64,000 nucleotides of DNA from a bacterium (GCA_963693055.1 OY843751.1:1952001-2016000); one strand, 5' to 3'; shown: positions 53,672 to 64,000, numbered from the stretch's first letter. The notes: generated by a model not told the origin, from the letters alone. Numbers and translations are program-made.

Positions 53672-56600
53672 CTTCAGCATACCCCCTGGGGTGACATGCA
53701 TAACATGCAGAGCTTTCATAAACATATCCACTTTCGTCATCATGTATATCATCCATTTTGACTCTGGTATGTTCGTGACAATTAATGCATTCAAATTGTG
53801 AATAATCATTTGTTGCTACATGGCAATTGTTGCAGGTATTCCATTCACCGGCATGTTCTCCAGAATAAATTGGAAAGTATTGTCTGTCATGGTCCCAATT
53901 TGCCGGCCGCCAGGCCGAGGTGTTGTGACAGCTATTACAGGTTGTTGGGAAATGAGCTGCGCTGTGATTTGGATTGTTGGTGCCATTATAATCATCCATA
54001 TGGCAGGAATAACAATCTGTGGGTGTATTGTCGTATCCGCTGCTATGACAATCTGAGCAGTCCGCATTTAGATGTGCACCGGTTAGTGTAAATGATGTTG
54101 TCGTATGATCAAAAAATGCCGGAATCCATCCATTTATGGAATGGCAGTCCGTACACTCGTGGCTGAAATTGTTACTGACATGATTGGGATCGGTCACGGA
54201 TTCAAAATCAGTTTGATGGCAACTGTAACACTCGGTTGGGATGTTGGTATAGCCCGTACTGTGACAATCAATACAATTGGCTGATGTGTGTGCGCCTTCC
54301 AACGGAAACAAGGTGGCAGCGTGATCAAACTGCGCGGGAGAGAATGCGTTCATACTGTGGCAGTCCGTACACTCGTGGCTGAAATTGTTACTGATATGAT
54401 TGGGATCGGTAACGGATTCAAAATCAGTTTGATGGCAGCTATAGCATTCGATTGGAATGTTGGTATAGCCTGTGGAATGGCAATCGATACAGTTGACCGT
54501 AGTGTGCGCACCTTCCAACGGAAACAAGGTGGCAGCGTGATCAAACTGCGTGGGAGAGAATGCGTTCATGCTGTGACAATCCAGACACTCGTGGCTGAAA
54601 TTGTTACTGACATGATTGGGATCGGTAACGGATTCAAAATCAGTTTGATGACAGCTGTAACATTCAGTGGGTATATTTGTATATCCTGTACTGTGACAAT
54701 CAATACAATTGGCTGATGTATGCGCCCCTTCCAGTGGAAACAGGGTGGTTGCATGATCAAACTGCGCGGGAGTAAAGGCACTCATGCTGTGACAATCCGT
54801 ACACTCGTGGCTGAAATTGTTGATGGCATGATTAGGGTCCGTAACAGATTCAAAATCCGCCTGATGACAGCTGTAGCATTCAGTCGGAATGTTGCTATAG
54901 CCCGTACTGTGACAATCGATACAACTGGCTGATGTATGCGCCCCTTCCAGTGGAAACAGGGTGGTTGCATGATCAAACTGCGCAGGAGAAAAAGCATTCA
55001 TACTGTGACAATCCAGACACTCGTGGCTGAAATTGTTGGTGACGTGATTGGGGTCTGAAACAGATTCAAAATCTGCTTGGTGACAGCTGAAACATTCGGT
55101 AGGAATATTGGTATAGCCCGTACTGTGACAATCAATACAATTGGCTGATGTATGTGCGCCTTCCAACGGGAACAAGGTGGCTGCGTGATCAAACTGAGCG
55201 GGAGAGAATGCGTTCATACTGTGACAGTCTGAACAAATATGACTGAAATTGTTGGTGACGTGATTGGGTTCCGTAACAGATTCAAAATCCGCCTGATGAC
55301 AGCTGTAGCATTCAGTCGGAATGTTGCTATAGCCCGTACTGTGACAATCAATACAATTGGCTGATGTGTGTGCACCTTCCAACGGAAACAAGGTGGCAGC
55401 GTGATCAAACTGAGCGGGAGAGAATGCGTTCATACTGTGACAGTCTGAACAAATATGACTGAAATTGTTGGTGACGTGATTGGGTTCCGTAACAGATTCA
55501 AAATCGGTTTGGTGACAGCTGTAGCATTCAGTGGGTATATTTGTATATCCTGTACTGTGGCAATCAATACAATTGGCTGATGTATGTGCGCCTTCCAGCG
55601 GAAACAAGGTGGCTGCGTGATCAAACTGAGCGGGAGAGAATGCGTTCATACTGTGACAGTCTGAACAAATATGACTGAAATTGTTGGTGACATGATTGGG
55701 CTCAGTCACGGATTCAAAATCAGTTTGGTGACAGCTGTAGCATTCAGTCGGAATGTTGCTATAGCCCGTACTGTGACAATCGATACAATTGACTGATGTA
55801 TGTGCGCCTTCCAGCGGGAACAAGGTGGCTGCGTGATCAAACTGAGCGGGAGAGAATGCGTTCATACTGTGACAGTCCGAACACTCGTGGCTAAAATTGT
55901 TACTGACATGATTGGGCTCAGTCACGGATTCAAAATCAGTTTGATGGCAGCTATAGCATTCGGTTGGTATGTTGATATATCCTGTTGAATGACAATCGAT
56001 ACAATTGGCTGATGTATGTGCGCCTTCCAACGGGAACAAGGTTGTCGCGTGGTCAAATTGCGCCGGAGAAAAAGCATTCATGCTGTGGCAATCCGAACAC
56101 TCGTGGCTGAAATTGTTGGTGACATGATTGGGATCTGAAACAGATTCAAAATCGGTTTGATGGCAGCTATAGCATTCGGGTTTTGTTGCGTTATATCCCA
56201 GAGTATGACAATCACTACAGGATGCGTTCTTGTGTGCACCGTCCAGGCTGAATCCGGTGATTAAATGGTCAAACTGGATAGGATCCCAATTGTTCACGGA
56301 ATGGCATGTCAGGCAGTTTTTGTCAAAATTATTCGCAACATGGTTGGGATCTATTATGTTTGTAAAATCATTAATATGACAATCATAGCATTCCTGTGCA
56401 AGGCCGGTCAACTGATTATTTACATGGCATTCAGTACATTCAAGCGTTGTATGTACACCTAAAAGAGTAAAACCACTGACTTGAGAATGATCAAACTGTG
56501 ACCGGTCCCAGCTTGAAGCCGAATGACATGTTTCACAGAGTGTTGGAAAACCCAATACAGAGTGGTTTGGATTCTGTGTTTCCATATAGTCATTTTGATG

Positions 56601-57317
56601 ACAGGTAAAACAATCAGCGGATTGCTGTGAATAAACACCGGTATGACAATCACTGCACTGCTGATTGTGGGGACCCGTTAGGCCAAAGTTTGCAGTATGT
56701 TCAAAACGTGCCGAATTCCAACTCATGTCTTCTATATAATGACAGGATTGACAATCCAGGCTAAATCCGGCAAGTTTATGGTCAGGATTATCTGTTGTGT
56801 TATAATCATTCAAATGGCAGCCAAAACATTCAACGGGTGTGGTTTTGTATTGAATGCGCTGTTCTTTGTAATGGCAGGCCTCACAGTCCAACTGTTTATG
56901 TGCCCCGGTTAATGGATAATTAAACTCGTTATGTAAATGTCGCATACGTGTATAATTGATCCAATTGTCTGGAGTGTGGCAATTTTCACATTCTGTCCCC
57001 AGTTCACCATGATGTATGTCTGTATGACAGTTGAAGCAATGTTTGTCATTCTTTTCAAATACAAGGTCTGAATGGCATGTTTTACAATGCAGAGAGTTGT
57101 GTTTCCCTTTTAGTGAAAATCCGGTTTCCTGTTCATGATTGAATTCAATGTTTTGAGGATCAACTTGCCAGCTTTCATCTGTATGGCACAGTTCGCAATC
57201 CATTTCAAATTCATCACTGTGGGGATATTCAGCATCCTCTTGTGATAAAATAATGGTAAATTGACATAATAATGAAATAACAAGCATCAGGAATACAAAA
57301 CTGTATTTGATTTTCAC
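53664..57317 (-). CDS. Very large multiheme c-type cytochrome (49 CxxCH)
   Basis: 49 CxxCH motifs counted by hand in the translation; signal peptide from GTG 57317 after an AAGGA RBS (ORF track starts at 57383). Confidence 0.92.
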   Translation of the reverse strand: MKIKYSFVFLMLVISLLCQFTIILSQEDAEYPHSDEFEMDCELCHTDESWQVDPQNIEFNHEQETGFSLKGKHNSLHCKTCHSDLVFEKNDKHCFNCHTDIHHGELGTECENCHTPDNWINYTRMRHLHNEFNYPLTGAHKQLDCEACHYKEQRIQYKTTPVECFGCHLNDYNTTDNPDHKLAGFSLDCQSCHYIEDMSWNSARFEHTANFGLTGPHNQQCSDCHTGVYSQQSADCFTCHQNDYMETQNPNHSVLGFPTLCETCHSASSWDRSQFDHSQVSGFTLLGVHTTLECTECHVNNQLTGLAQECYDCHINDFTNIIDPNHVANNFDKNCLTCHSVNNWDPIQFDHLITGFSLDGAHKNASCSDCHTLGYNATKPECYSCHQTDFESVSDPNHVTNNFSHECSDCHSMNAFSPAQFDHATTLFPLEGAHTSANCIDCHSTGYINIPTECYSCHQTDFESVTEPNHVSNNFSHECSDCHSMNAFSPAQFDHAATLFPLEGAHTSVNCIDCHSTGYSNIPTECYSCHQTDFESVTEPNHVTNNFSHICSDCHSMNAFSPAQFDHAATLFPLEGAHTSANCIDCHSTGYTNIPTECYSCHQTDFESVTEPNHVTNNFSHICSDCHSMNAFSPAQFDHAATLFPLEGAHTSANCIDCHSTGYSNIPTECYSCHQADFESVTEPNHVTNNFSHICSDCHSMNAFSPAQFDHAATLFPLEGAHTSANCIDCHSTGYTNIPTECFSCHQADFESVSDPNHVTNNFSHECLDCHSMNAFSPAQFDHATTLFPLEGAHTSASCIDCHSTGYSNIPTECYSCHQADFESVTDPNHAINNFSHECTDCHSMSAFTPAQFDHATTLFPLEGAHTSANCIDCHSTGYTNIPTECYSCHQTDFESVTDPNHVSNNFSHECLDCHSMNAFSPTQFDHAATLFPLEGAHTTVNCIDCHSTGYTNIPIECYSCHQTDFESVTDPNHISNNFSHECTDCHSMNAFSPAQFDHAATLFPLEGAHTSANCIDCHSTGYTNIPTECYSCHQTDFESVTDPNHVSNNFSHECTDCHSINGWIPAFFDHTTTSFTLTGAHLNADCSDCHSSGYDNTPTDCYSCHMDDYNGTNNPNHSAAHFPTTCNSCHNTSAWRPANWDHDRQYFPIYSGEHAGEWNTCNNCHVATNDYSQFECINCHEHTRVKMDDIHDDESGYVYESSACYACHPRGYAEDD
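54140..56180 (-). repeat. Coding tandem repeat, 216-bp (72-aa, 3-heme) unit, about 9.4 copies
   Basis: Unit C[YF]SCH-20aa-C.DCH-27aa-CIDCH-10aa; shadow ORFs recur every 216 bp (54350, 54566, 54782, 54998, 55214, 55430). Confidence 0.92.
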
Positions 57318-57614
57318 TTTTGTTTCCTTTATTTGGTGATCAACATGAATTATAATAAAAGCGCGGAATAGAAGTAAAGACAAGAGGGGGATAGTTGTAG
57401 TAACATGTTGATATTTATATATTAAGGTTGATTAAGGCCCAAAATGGTTTTTATGAATATATTCTTTTCTAAATGTCATTCACTATATATAATTATAGTA
57501 CAAACTTGATACCGTTAAAAGAAAAAAACACAATATTAAAAGGGGGTGTAGAAAATTACGACTGTACTTGTAAGGATGAGAGTGTGTGGGGTGTTACCTG
57601 AATTTGACAGGATT

Positions 57615-58985
57615 TCATAATAACTCTTTGGGAAATACTGCCTTGGCAACACGCAATACATTCAGTCCTAATATCTTTTCTATATCCTGATCACTGTAAC
57701 CACGCTGAACCAGCCCAACTGTAAACAGGGGACGATTGGTCCATGCGGTTGATTGGCGCATGTGTGGTTTTTCAACATAATCAAAAGGAGGCCAGAGCGC
57801 TTCCCAGCGGGTACGTGAGCGTAACTTCCAGTTCAGAGGTAGTTTGCTCTCTTCTTTGTCCGCGTTAGGTGAATGATATCCTAAATCTGTCGCAATTGAA
57901 ACATGATCACTGCCAAATTTTTTAACCATATAATCGATATGGTCAAGCATTGCGGTAATATCGCCGGTTCCACCAAGAAACCGGGGGATAGCACATATCC
58001 CCATTAATCCGCCCTTGTCCACAATGGCTTTGATAACATTATCGGGTTTGCAGCGATAATGCGGATGAAGCGCATGGCATGCCGAATGACTCGCGACTAT
58101 GGGTTTGTCTGAGATTTGCGCTGCTTCAAGGGATGTATTAAATCCACTATGTGCCACATCAATAATTACGCCCACCCGGTTCATTTCTTTTACAACCAGT
58201 CTGCCAAAATCACTTAGTCCCGCGTTGCTTGACTCTCCACAGCCATCACCAATCATGTTTCGGCGATTATAAGTGAGGTGCATCATCCGGATGCCCAGTT
58301 GAAAAAACAAGCGAATGTATAGCAAGGCTTCATCTGTATATTTTAACTTATCCGGCATGGGCACACCATTGCCGCTAAAGTATAAACAATGCGAGTTATC
58401 TTTGCCTGCTTTTTCAATATCGTTTGGGGTAACCGCTTTGGGCAAGAAATTAGGCAGCATATCGGTGAGAAACGTAAAATTTGATAAGCGTTGTAACAGT
58501 GTTGTGATATTGTTGCTTTCTTCGCCGGCATTTTGAAAAACACAATTAATTCCTGCAGCTTTCCAGGCTTTTATAAATTGTTTGCGTTCATTCATATCTA
58601 TAATGCAATTTGTACGCTGCTGGTCTTCTATTTTTATACCAAGCTCGGTTGATGTTCCGCCCTCATCAATCAATTTCCTGATCTCGTCTCCGTTGATTGC
58701 AGAATAGGGACTAAAGCCATAGCCTTCTATAACAAGTGAATTACGGTGCAGCTCCATGCCGTGTTCGTAATCTTTTTTTGACGGTTTCAGTATATTCATT
58801 GCAACATTGCGGAGATTTTGGATATATGGATTACTTGCCACACGATCAATGTCTATGTCTGTGTCTATTCCGGCTGATGGGGAGTTTATGGGATTCTCTG
58901 CTTTGGCTTGTATGCCGGCAGGAATGAGTGGCAATGCCGCGCTGGATGCAAGAAATTGTCTGCGGTTGATTGGATTTTTGATCAT
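57615..58985 (-). CDS. Membrane dipeptidase (M19)-like amidohydrolase with Tat signal
   Basis: RRQFL; HLTYN..N..GDG, GLSDFG, DVAH, SHS, KILG.N.LRV. Confidence 0.85.
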   Translation of the reverse strand: MIKNPINRRQFLASSAALPLIPAGIQAKAENPINSPSAGIDTDIDIDRVASNPYIQNLRNVAMNILKPSKKDYEHGMELHRNSLVIEGYGFSPYSAINGDEIRKLIDEGGTSTELGIKIEDQQRTNCIIDMNERKQFIKAWKAAGINCVFQNAGEESNNITTLLQRLSNFTFLTDMLPNFLPKAVTPNDIEKAGKDNSHCLYFSGNGVPMPDKLKYTDEALLYIRLFFQLGIRMMHLTYNRRNMIGDGCGESSNAGLSDFGRLVVKEMNRVGVIIDVAHSGFNTSLEAAQISDKPIVASHSACHALHPHYRCKPDNVIKAIVDKGGLMGICAIPRFLGGTGDITAMLDHIDYMVKKFGSDHVSIATDLGYHSPNADKEESKLPLNWKLRSRTRWEALWPPFDYVEKPHMRQSTAWTNRPLFTVGLVQRGYSDQDIEKILGLNVLRVAKAVFPKELL

Positions 58986-59062
58986 AGTATTGACCCTGTC
59001 AATTTATGGTGATTGTGTCTATTGGAAAATATACACAATCGAGAACAGGATCAAGTGTTTTT

Positions 59063-60328
59063 TCAGGCAGGCTCTTTTACAAACCAAAGTTTAAGAGTAA
59101 AATAGGTATACAAGATCAAACCGAGGTATAAACCAAACAAAATCACCTGGTTACTGTTGGTATAGTGGTAAGCAATTTTAGCATAGGCGAATGGGAACAA
59201 TTGCCCAACAATAGTAATGCTCCACAACAGCCATGCACCGATTGAATTTTCACTGCGGATATATTTAAAAGCGATGATAATGGGCACAAACAGCATGAAA
59301 AAGTAGTGCATCCATGCGATGGGTGCGGTAATGATTTGTAAAATAATCAGTTGCGCAACGATTATATCATAATGCCCGTCCAGTTTTTTTCTGGCTCGGT
59401 AAACACTGATGAAAAATAATGAAAAAAGAAGGATGGAAATCAATGTTGATGTTACAGAAACCCATGCCGGTGTTTGATACATGTACCATTGTTTCACGGA
59501 ATCGAGAGTCATTGTTGTGCGCATGAGATACGCGCGAATGCTGTGGTTTCCATATCCCGTCAGGGTAATGCTGCTGATCTGCTGGATCCGTTCCAGAAAA
59601 TTGAGGTGGCTTTGCCAGCCTGCCAGCAATAAACTGGTAATACCCAATAAAGCACCACCCGTCAATGCGCCCCACAATGCCCGCATTCTTTTTTTAATCA
59701 TCCAGTAAAATAATATGATAATTGGAGTAATTTTAATGGCAATGGGAAATGCCATAACCATTCCGCCAATAAACGGTTTGTTTTTATGATCAAGATATAA
59801 TCCCAGAATCAATAAGAAAAATAAAATAGGGTGGGTCTGCATTAAAAACAGGGTATACCTAAAGGGCATAGTTAGCGAAAAGATAATTAAAAACAGCATT
59901 AAAGGTATGGGTTCCAGAAATTCAGGCGCCCACATTTTAAATGACAACAATATAGAGCCCAACAGTGATAAAAGGATAATGATATGAAAAATGTGTGTAA
60001 ATTCAGGGTATTGTAAATGTTTAACCAATGGCTGTAGTAATCCGGCCCACAAAGGAATTTGCACATATGGGTGCAAAACGTCCATACCGCACTCGGATTC
60101 CTCAGCAATCTGGTCCCACAGCTCATCATCCTGTTCAGGATACTGGTTTTTATCATAACTGTACAGGTGGTCTATTTCGCCTTTTAATAGTATTTTTGAA
60201 CCAATGTATCCGCTGGCAAGGTCCTGACCTTTAGAGTGCCAGTCATAAAACAGATTTATGCCAAACCATCCGGCAATGATCAATGCAATTAAAAGGTACT
60301 GGGACTGTTGCTTACCACTGTTTTTCAT
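59063..60328 (-). CDS. GT87-like (GT-C) membrane glycosyltransferase
   Basis: N-terminal DL..Y, HPY...P, IKITP, PIAWMHY; multi-TM. Confidence 0.75.
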   Translation of the reverse strand: MKNSGKQQSQYLLIALIIAGWFGINLFYDWHSKGQDLASGYIGSKILLKGEIDHLYSYDKNQYPEQDDELWDQIAEESECGMDVLHPYVQIPLWAGLLQPLVKHLQYPEFTHIFHIIILLSLLGSILLSFKMWAPEFLEPIPLMLFLIIFSLTMPFRYTLFLMQTHPILFFLLILGLYLDHKNKPFIGGMVMAFPIAIKITPIIILFYWMIKKRMRALWGALTGGALLGITSLLLAGWQSHLNFLERIQQISSITLTGYGNHSIRAYLMRTTMTLDSVKQWYMYQTPAWVSVTSTLISILLFSLFFISVYRARKKLDGHYDIIVAQLIILQIITAPIAWMHYFFMLFVPIIIAFKYIRSENSIGAWLLWSITIVGQLFPFAYAKIAYHYTNSNQVILFGLYLGLILYTYFTLKLWFVKEPA

Positions 60329-60473
60329 CTTGTAACCACCTGATTTTTTTACATTGAATAGTCTTAAACAGGGTTGCAATTTTTAGACCAGGCAAATCTT
60401 TTTGTTCCCAAACAAAAACCTTTTGCATTGTATATGAAAAAATTATTATAATATAATAGAGGAGGAATTGATC

Positions 60474-61751
60474 ATGGCACACAGAACACTACGCAATGGA
60501 TACTCGCAATTTTCTGAACGTATCAATCGTTTTCCCCAGGGAGCTCCCACATCAGAATCCTTGTTTAAAATACTTCAAGTATTAATGAGTGAAAAAGAAG
60601 CTTCATTGCTGGCTCAAATACCTATCAAACCTTTTACTGTTGATAAAGCCGCAAAAATCTGGAAGATATCCCAGGCAGAGTCCCAAAAAATTCTGGAAGA
60701 ACTTGCCGGTAGAGCAATATTGCTTGATATTGAAGTGAATGGCGAGTCTACCTATGTACTGCCGCCGCCCATGGCAGGATTTTTCGAGTTTTCTATGATG
60801 CGTATTCGTGATGACATTGATCAAAAATTACTGGGCAAGTTGTTTTACCAGTATCTGAATGTGGAAGAAGAATTTGTCAGAGATTTGTTTACCGATGGCG
60901 AAACCCAGCTTGGTCGAACATTTGTGAATGAAGATGCCTTGCCAAATACAGACGCCCTGTATGTGCTCGATTATGAGCGCGCAACCCATGTGATTGAATC
61001 CGCATCTCACATGGGCGTTGGCGTGTGTTATTGCCGTCATAAAATGGAGCACATGGACCGCGCCTGTGATGCACCCCAGGATATCTGCATGACCTTTAAC
61101 GGATCGGCTGAATCTTTGATCAAGCATGGGCATGCCCGGCAGGTGGACAAGGTAGAAGGACTTGAACTGCTTTATAAAGCGTGGGAACATAATCTGGTCC
61201 AATTTGGGGAAAATGTGCGCGAGAGTGTCAACTTTATCTGCAACTGTTGCGGCTGCTGCTGCGAGGCCATGATAGCCCAGCGCAAATTTGCGGTGATGAA
61301 TCCCATCCATACCACCAATTTTTTGCCTGTAGTAAATGAACAGGCCTGTACCGGATGCGGCAAATGTGTAACCGCTTGTCCGGTTGAGGCCATGACCATG
61401 ATCTCTGCAAACGACCCGCACAAACCCAAGCGCAAGATTGCCAAAGTGGATAATGATACCTGCCTGGGTTGTGGTGTTTGTGTGCGGGTATGCAAAGACG
61501 CCCTGTCTTTAAAACCCCGTGAAAAACGGGTCATCACACCCTTGAATGGAGCGCATAAAGCCGTGGTAATGGCGATTGAACGGGGTAAATTACAGGACCT
61601 GATTTTTGATAATCATGCTCTATGGAGTCACAGGGCCATGGCTGCGATTTTGGGTGTATTGGTTAAATTGCCACCTGTCAAACAAACCCTGGCCAATGAA
61701 CAGATTAAATCCCGCTATTTAGAAGCGCTGATCAAGCGGATGGGATATTGA
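60474..61751 (+). CDS. 4Fe-4S ferredoxin-domain protein
   Basis: CYCR, ICNCCGCCC, CTGCGKCVTACP, CLGCGVCVRVC; GAGGAGG RBS. Confidence 0.88.
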   Translation: MAHRTLRNGYSQFSERINRFPQGAPTSESLFKILQVLMSEKEASLLAQIPIKPFTVDKAAKIWKISQAESQKILEELAGRAILLDIEVNGESTYVLPPPMAGFFEFSMMRIRDDIDQKLLGKLFYQYLNVEEEFVRDLFTDGETQLGRTFVNEDALPNTDALYVLDYERATHVIESASHMGVGVCYCRHKMEHMDRACDAPQDICMTFNGSAESLIKHGHARQVDKVEGLELLYKAWEHNLVQFGENVRESVNFICNCCGCCCEAMIAQRKFAVMNPIHTTNFLPVVNEQACTGCGKCVTACPVEAMTMISANDPHKPKRKIAKVDNDTCLGCGVCVRVCKDALSLKPREKRVITPLNGAHKAVVMAIERGKLQDLIFDNHALWSHRAMAAILGVLVKLPPVKQTLANEQIKSRYLEALIKRMGY

Positions 61752-62048
61752 TTTAAAAGTAATTTACTTGCCTATCATTTGAAATTTATAATGTCTCTCG
61801 TTTTGGAGGGTGTAGTGAAACCTGCAAAATGGGCTGGCAGGCACGTTTTCGTTGGAGCTGGCGTCCAGGTAATGAAGTGCTGCTGGTCTATAATTCAACC
61901 CTGCTTGATCCCCTCGAAAATCGCGAAAACACCGAAAGCAGCACCCGCTTCAAGATCAATTATAATTACAGGTTTTGAGGGAAAAGGTTTTATTGATTAG
62001 CGTTAGTTACAATTATTATTTTTCTATTCAATTGATTGGTTTTATATA

Positions 62049-63074
62049 TTATGCTGTGTGTTTTGGTGGTTTATTTTTCTTTAATTCTTGTTCCAGTTTT
62101 TTAAATTCCAGCATATCTTGTTCATCTGCAATTTGTGCAGCAAAGGCTTTCCTTTTATGATCGAATTTGTCGTATATTGATCGTACTATCTTTTCCATTT
62201 CAGCGTTTGAAATACTTCCAGAGTGGTTTAAAATCTTTTTTTCATTCAATTCTAATATTTTATCAACGTTTTCTTTCCAAAAGCCAACTGTAAGGTCCTG
62301 TCGGTTTTTAGCTCTTAATTCGGCTGTTTCTAAAAATACAACAACAAAGCGGTTGAGGCTGTCCATTTCATCTTTTGTCAAATAGTTTTTAGCAATAAAA
62401 ATATCTTGTTTTCGAACAATTGAGCCTTTCCAGCTTGTTAAGTTCATATTGGACTTTTTTTCATCAGCTCGGTTTACAATAATTTCAGCAGCTGTGTATC
62501 CGGTGATGGCATAAAGGAATTTGTTTTGTGTTTCGGCATAAAACATTTGAGTTGCTTTATCTGTGCTATCATAATCACTACAAAGAGAAAAGAGATCTTT
62601 TAATTTTTGATAAAATCGTTTTTCAGAAGCCCGGATATCACGTATTCGTTCCAAAAGTTCATCAAAGTAATCCGGCCTGCCATCAGGATTTTTTAGACGA
62701 TCAGCATCGATTAAAAATCCTTTTATCAAATACTCTTTAAGATTTTGATTTGCCCACAATCTGAATTGTGTTCCGCGTTTGCTGCGTACCCGGAAACCTA
62801 TTGCCAGGACCATTTCGAGTGAGTAAAATGTGACGTTATATTGTTTGCCATCTGTGGCAGTTGTAAAGTAATTCTTTACAACTGAATTTTCCTTTAACTC
62901 TTTTTCTTTCAATATGTTATCTATGTGCTGACCAATATTTTGCTTGGAGGTGTCAAAAAGTTCTGCGATTTGGTTTTGGTTCATCCATACGCTACCTTCT
63001 TTTGCATAAAGTGTTACGGAACTTTTGCCATCCACAGTATTGTATATTATAATATTTGTGTTTTTTTCATTCAT
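62049..63074 (-). CDS. rhuM: RhuM-family protein
   Basis: WMNQNQIAELF, GFRVRSKRGTQFR.WA, YFDELLERIRDIRASEKRFYQK, AKNYL. Confidence 0.9.
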   Translation of the reverse strand: MNEKNTNIIIYNTVDGKSSVTLYAKEGSVWMNQNQIAELFDTSKQNIGQHIDNILKEKELKENSVVKNYFTTATDGKQYNVTFYSLEMVLAIGFRVRSKRGTQFRLWANQNLKEYLIKGFLIDADRLKNPDGRPDYFDELLERIRDIRASEKRFYQKLKDLFSLCSDYDSTDKATQMFYAETQNKFLYAITGYTAAEIIVNRADEKKSNMNLTSWKGSIVRKQDIFIAKNYLTKDEMDSLNRFVVVFLETAELRAKNRQDLTVGFWKENVDKILELNEKKILNHSGSISNAEMEKIVRSIYDKFDHKRKAFAAQIADEQDMLEFKKLEQELKKNKPPKHTA

Positions 63075-63200
63075 CGTTCCTGTACCATTTCTTTGATCAA
63101 AGTGAGAATATAAACTAGTTTTTTAATTACTGTTGTGAAGAAAATTATTTCGTTGAAATTGATCATTTCGAGATATTCACCGATTGAATATTTTCAAATT

Positions 63201-63662
63201 TTAATTTTTTTCTACACCGGCATAACCTTCACTATATCCGCATCCCTATCCATAACTGTCATTTAGGTCACCAGTGATTTTTACATAGCAAAAATCACAA
63301 CGTCCAAAAACATCATAATATACATAACAGTATAAATATAAATATGAACCTTTAAATGGGACTATTGTATGTTCAGCAAAATTTAAACAAATATCACAAC
63401 ACGCCTTGGATTCTTATAATTTTGTCATCTCAAGCAACAGACACAAAATCTCCATTTACAAATTTTGTAATATTAGCATCACCTGGATTTTTAAGAATTA
63501 ATGATTAATGTTCAACCACTAGTCTCGCTTAAAAAACAATTCTATTACAGTATAAAAGTGAATAATAGAATATTTGGGATTGGGTTCCAATTCCTCAATA
63601 GCTTTTTTCAAATAATCAATTGCATTTTGAGTTATACTTTGAAAATGTTCAGACGAGTTCAA
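63201..63662 (-). pseudogene. Decayed HEPN-like/zinc-ribbon gene (frameshift, stops, probable internal deletion)
   Basis: AGGAGG plus TTG 63662 reads QNAIDYLKKAIEEL..PKYSIIHFYTVIELF, frameshift to ARLVVEH*SLI..GDFVSV, then CDIC..HTIV..CDFC..TGD..DSY.*GC. Confidence 0.6.
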
Positions 63663-64000
63663 TTGGCCTCCTTTTTATGGTTCTGGTAATTAATTTTATC
63701 CAAAGTAGTTCACTTGTTTTAACATCTTTAATGTGCGGCCAGCCTTCGGATTGAACAATTGATTTATTATCTTGAGAAATGTTATGATACTCGTATTCAA
63801 ATTCATGTATGGTCGTAATGAGGGGCGTGATACTATTTAGGTCAACGTAAAAACAATAGGGTAACTCTGAGGCATAGTTATCATCATTCTTCCTTATCCC
63901 GGTTGTTGATATTGCCAAATAGCAAAGAATACCTTCATATGAAAATACAAGTTTTTCACCCTCTGCAAATTCTTCCTCTGCAATTCTTTTTTTAGTTATC
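63649..64000 (-). CDS. 3' part of a hypothetical protein running off the window
   Basis: The frame of the 63649-63918 ORF stays open to the window edge (ITKKRIAEEEF...). Confidence 0.6.
   Translation of the reverse strand, partial: ITKKRIAEEEFAEGEKLVFSYEGILCYLAISTTGIRKNDDNYASELPYCFYVDLNSITPLITTIHEFEYEYHNISQDNKSIVQSEGWPHIKDVKTSELLWIKLITRTIKRRPIELV

Noticed and set aside
53672-53809. N-terminal extension of the beta-barrel ORF in the track
   Set aside because: It overlaps the cytochrome 3' end; the signal peptide begins at ATG 53671.
54288-55988. Periodic short ORFs in other frames and on the other strand
   Set aside because: They are shadows of the cytochrome repeat.
54140-56180. CRISPR-like or non-coding repeat array
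   Set aside because: The units are in-frame 216-bp coding repeats with no unique spacers, and there are no cas genes.
61779-62020. Possible attC/integron cassette or small CDS between the ferredoxin gene and rhuM
   Set aside because: No convincing paired RYYYAAC/GTTRRRY boxes, no integrase and no recognisable protein.

Overview
A 64-kb bacterial chromosomal window, generally AT-rich with several strongly AT-rich inserts. Several secreted proteins carry 'YPNPFNP' FlgD-Ig/T9SS-like C-terminal domains, which suggests an FCB-group organism such as KSB1 or Calditrichota (inference only). The backbone holds two carbohydrate-utilisation clusters (GH2 x2, GH106, a beta-propeller glycosidase; BNR/sialidase-like, clan GH-D and GH95-like enzymes, a fucose-isomerase-like protein), a tRNA-Arg(CCG), a cobalamin-riboswitch-controlled TonB receptor plus beta-propeller, and a 49-CxxCH multiheme cytochrome translationally coupled to an outer-membrane beta-barrel. 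Accessory DNA includes a SIR2-like gene flanked by a 76-bp duplication of the neighbouring gene's 3' end, an IS4-like element with an 11-bp TSD, an IS1182 element inside a REP-like hairpin, a HEPN-MNT pair with a nonsense toxin, and decayed defence-gene remnants. The best candidate for an undescribed system is 45255-50642: a stand-alone PEP-CTERM-like membrane peptide, an alkaline-phosphatase-superfamily/TPR enzyme, a PAPS sulfotransferase, and two paralogous secreted 'HYGW' proteins with a conserved leader and variable core. All calls come from motif reading by eye; no database searches were run.
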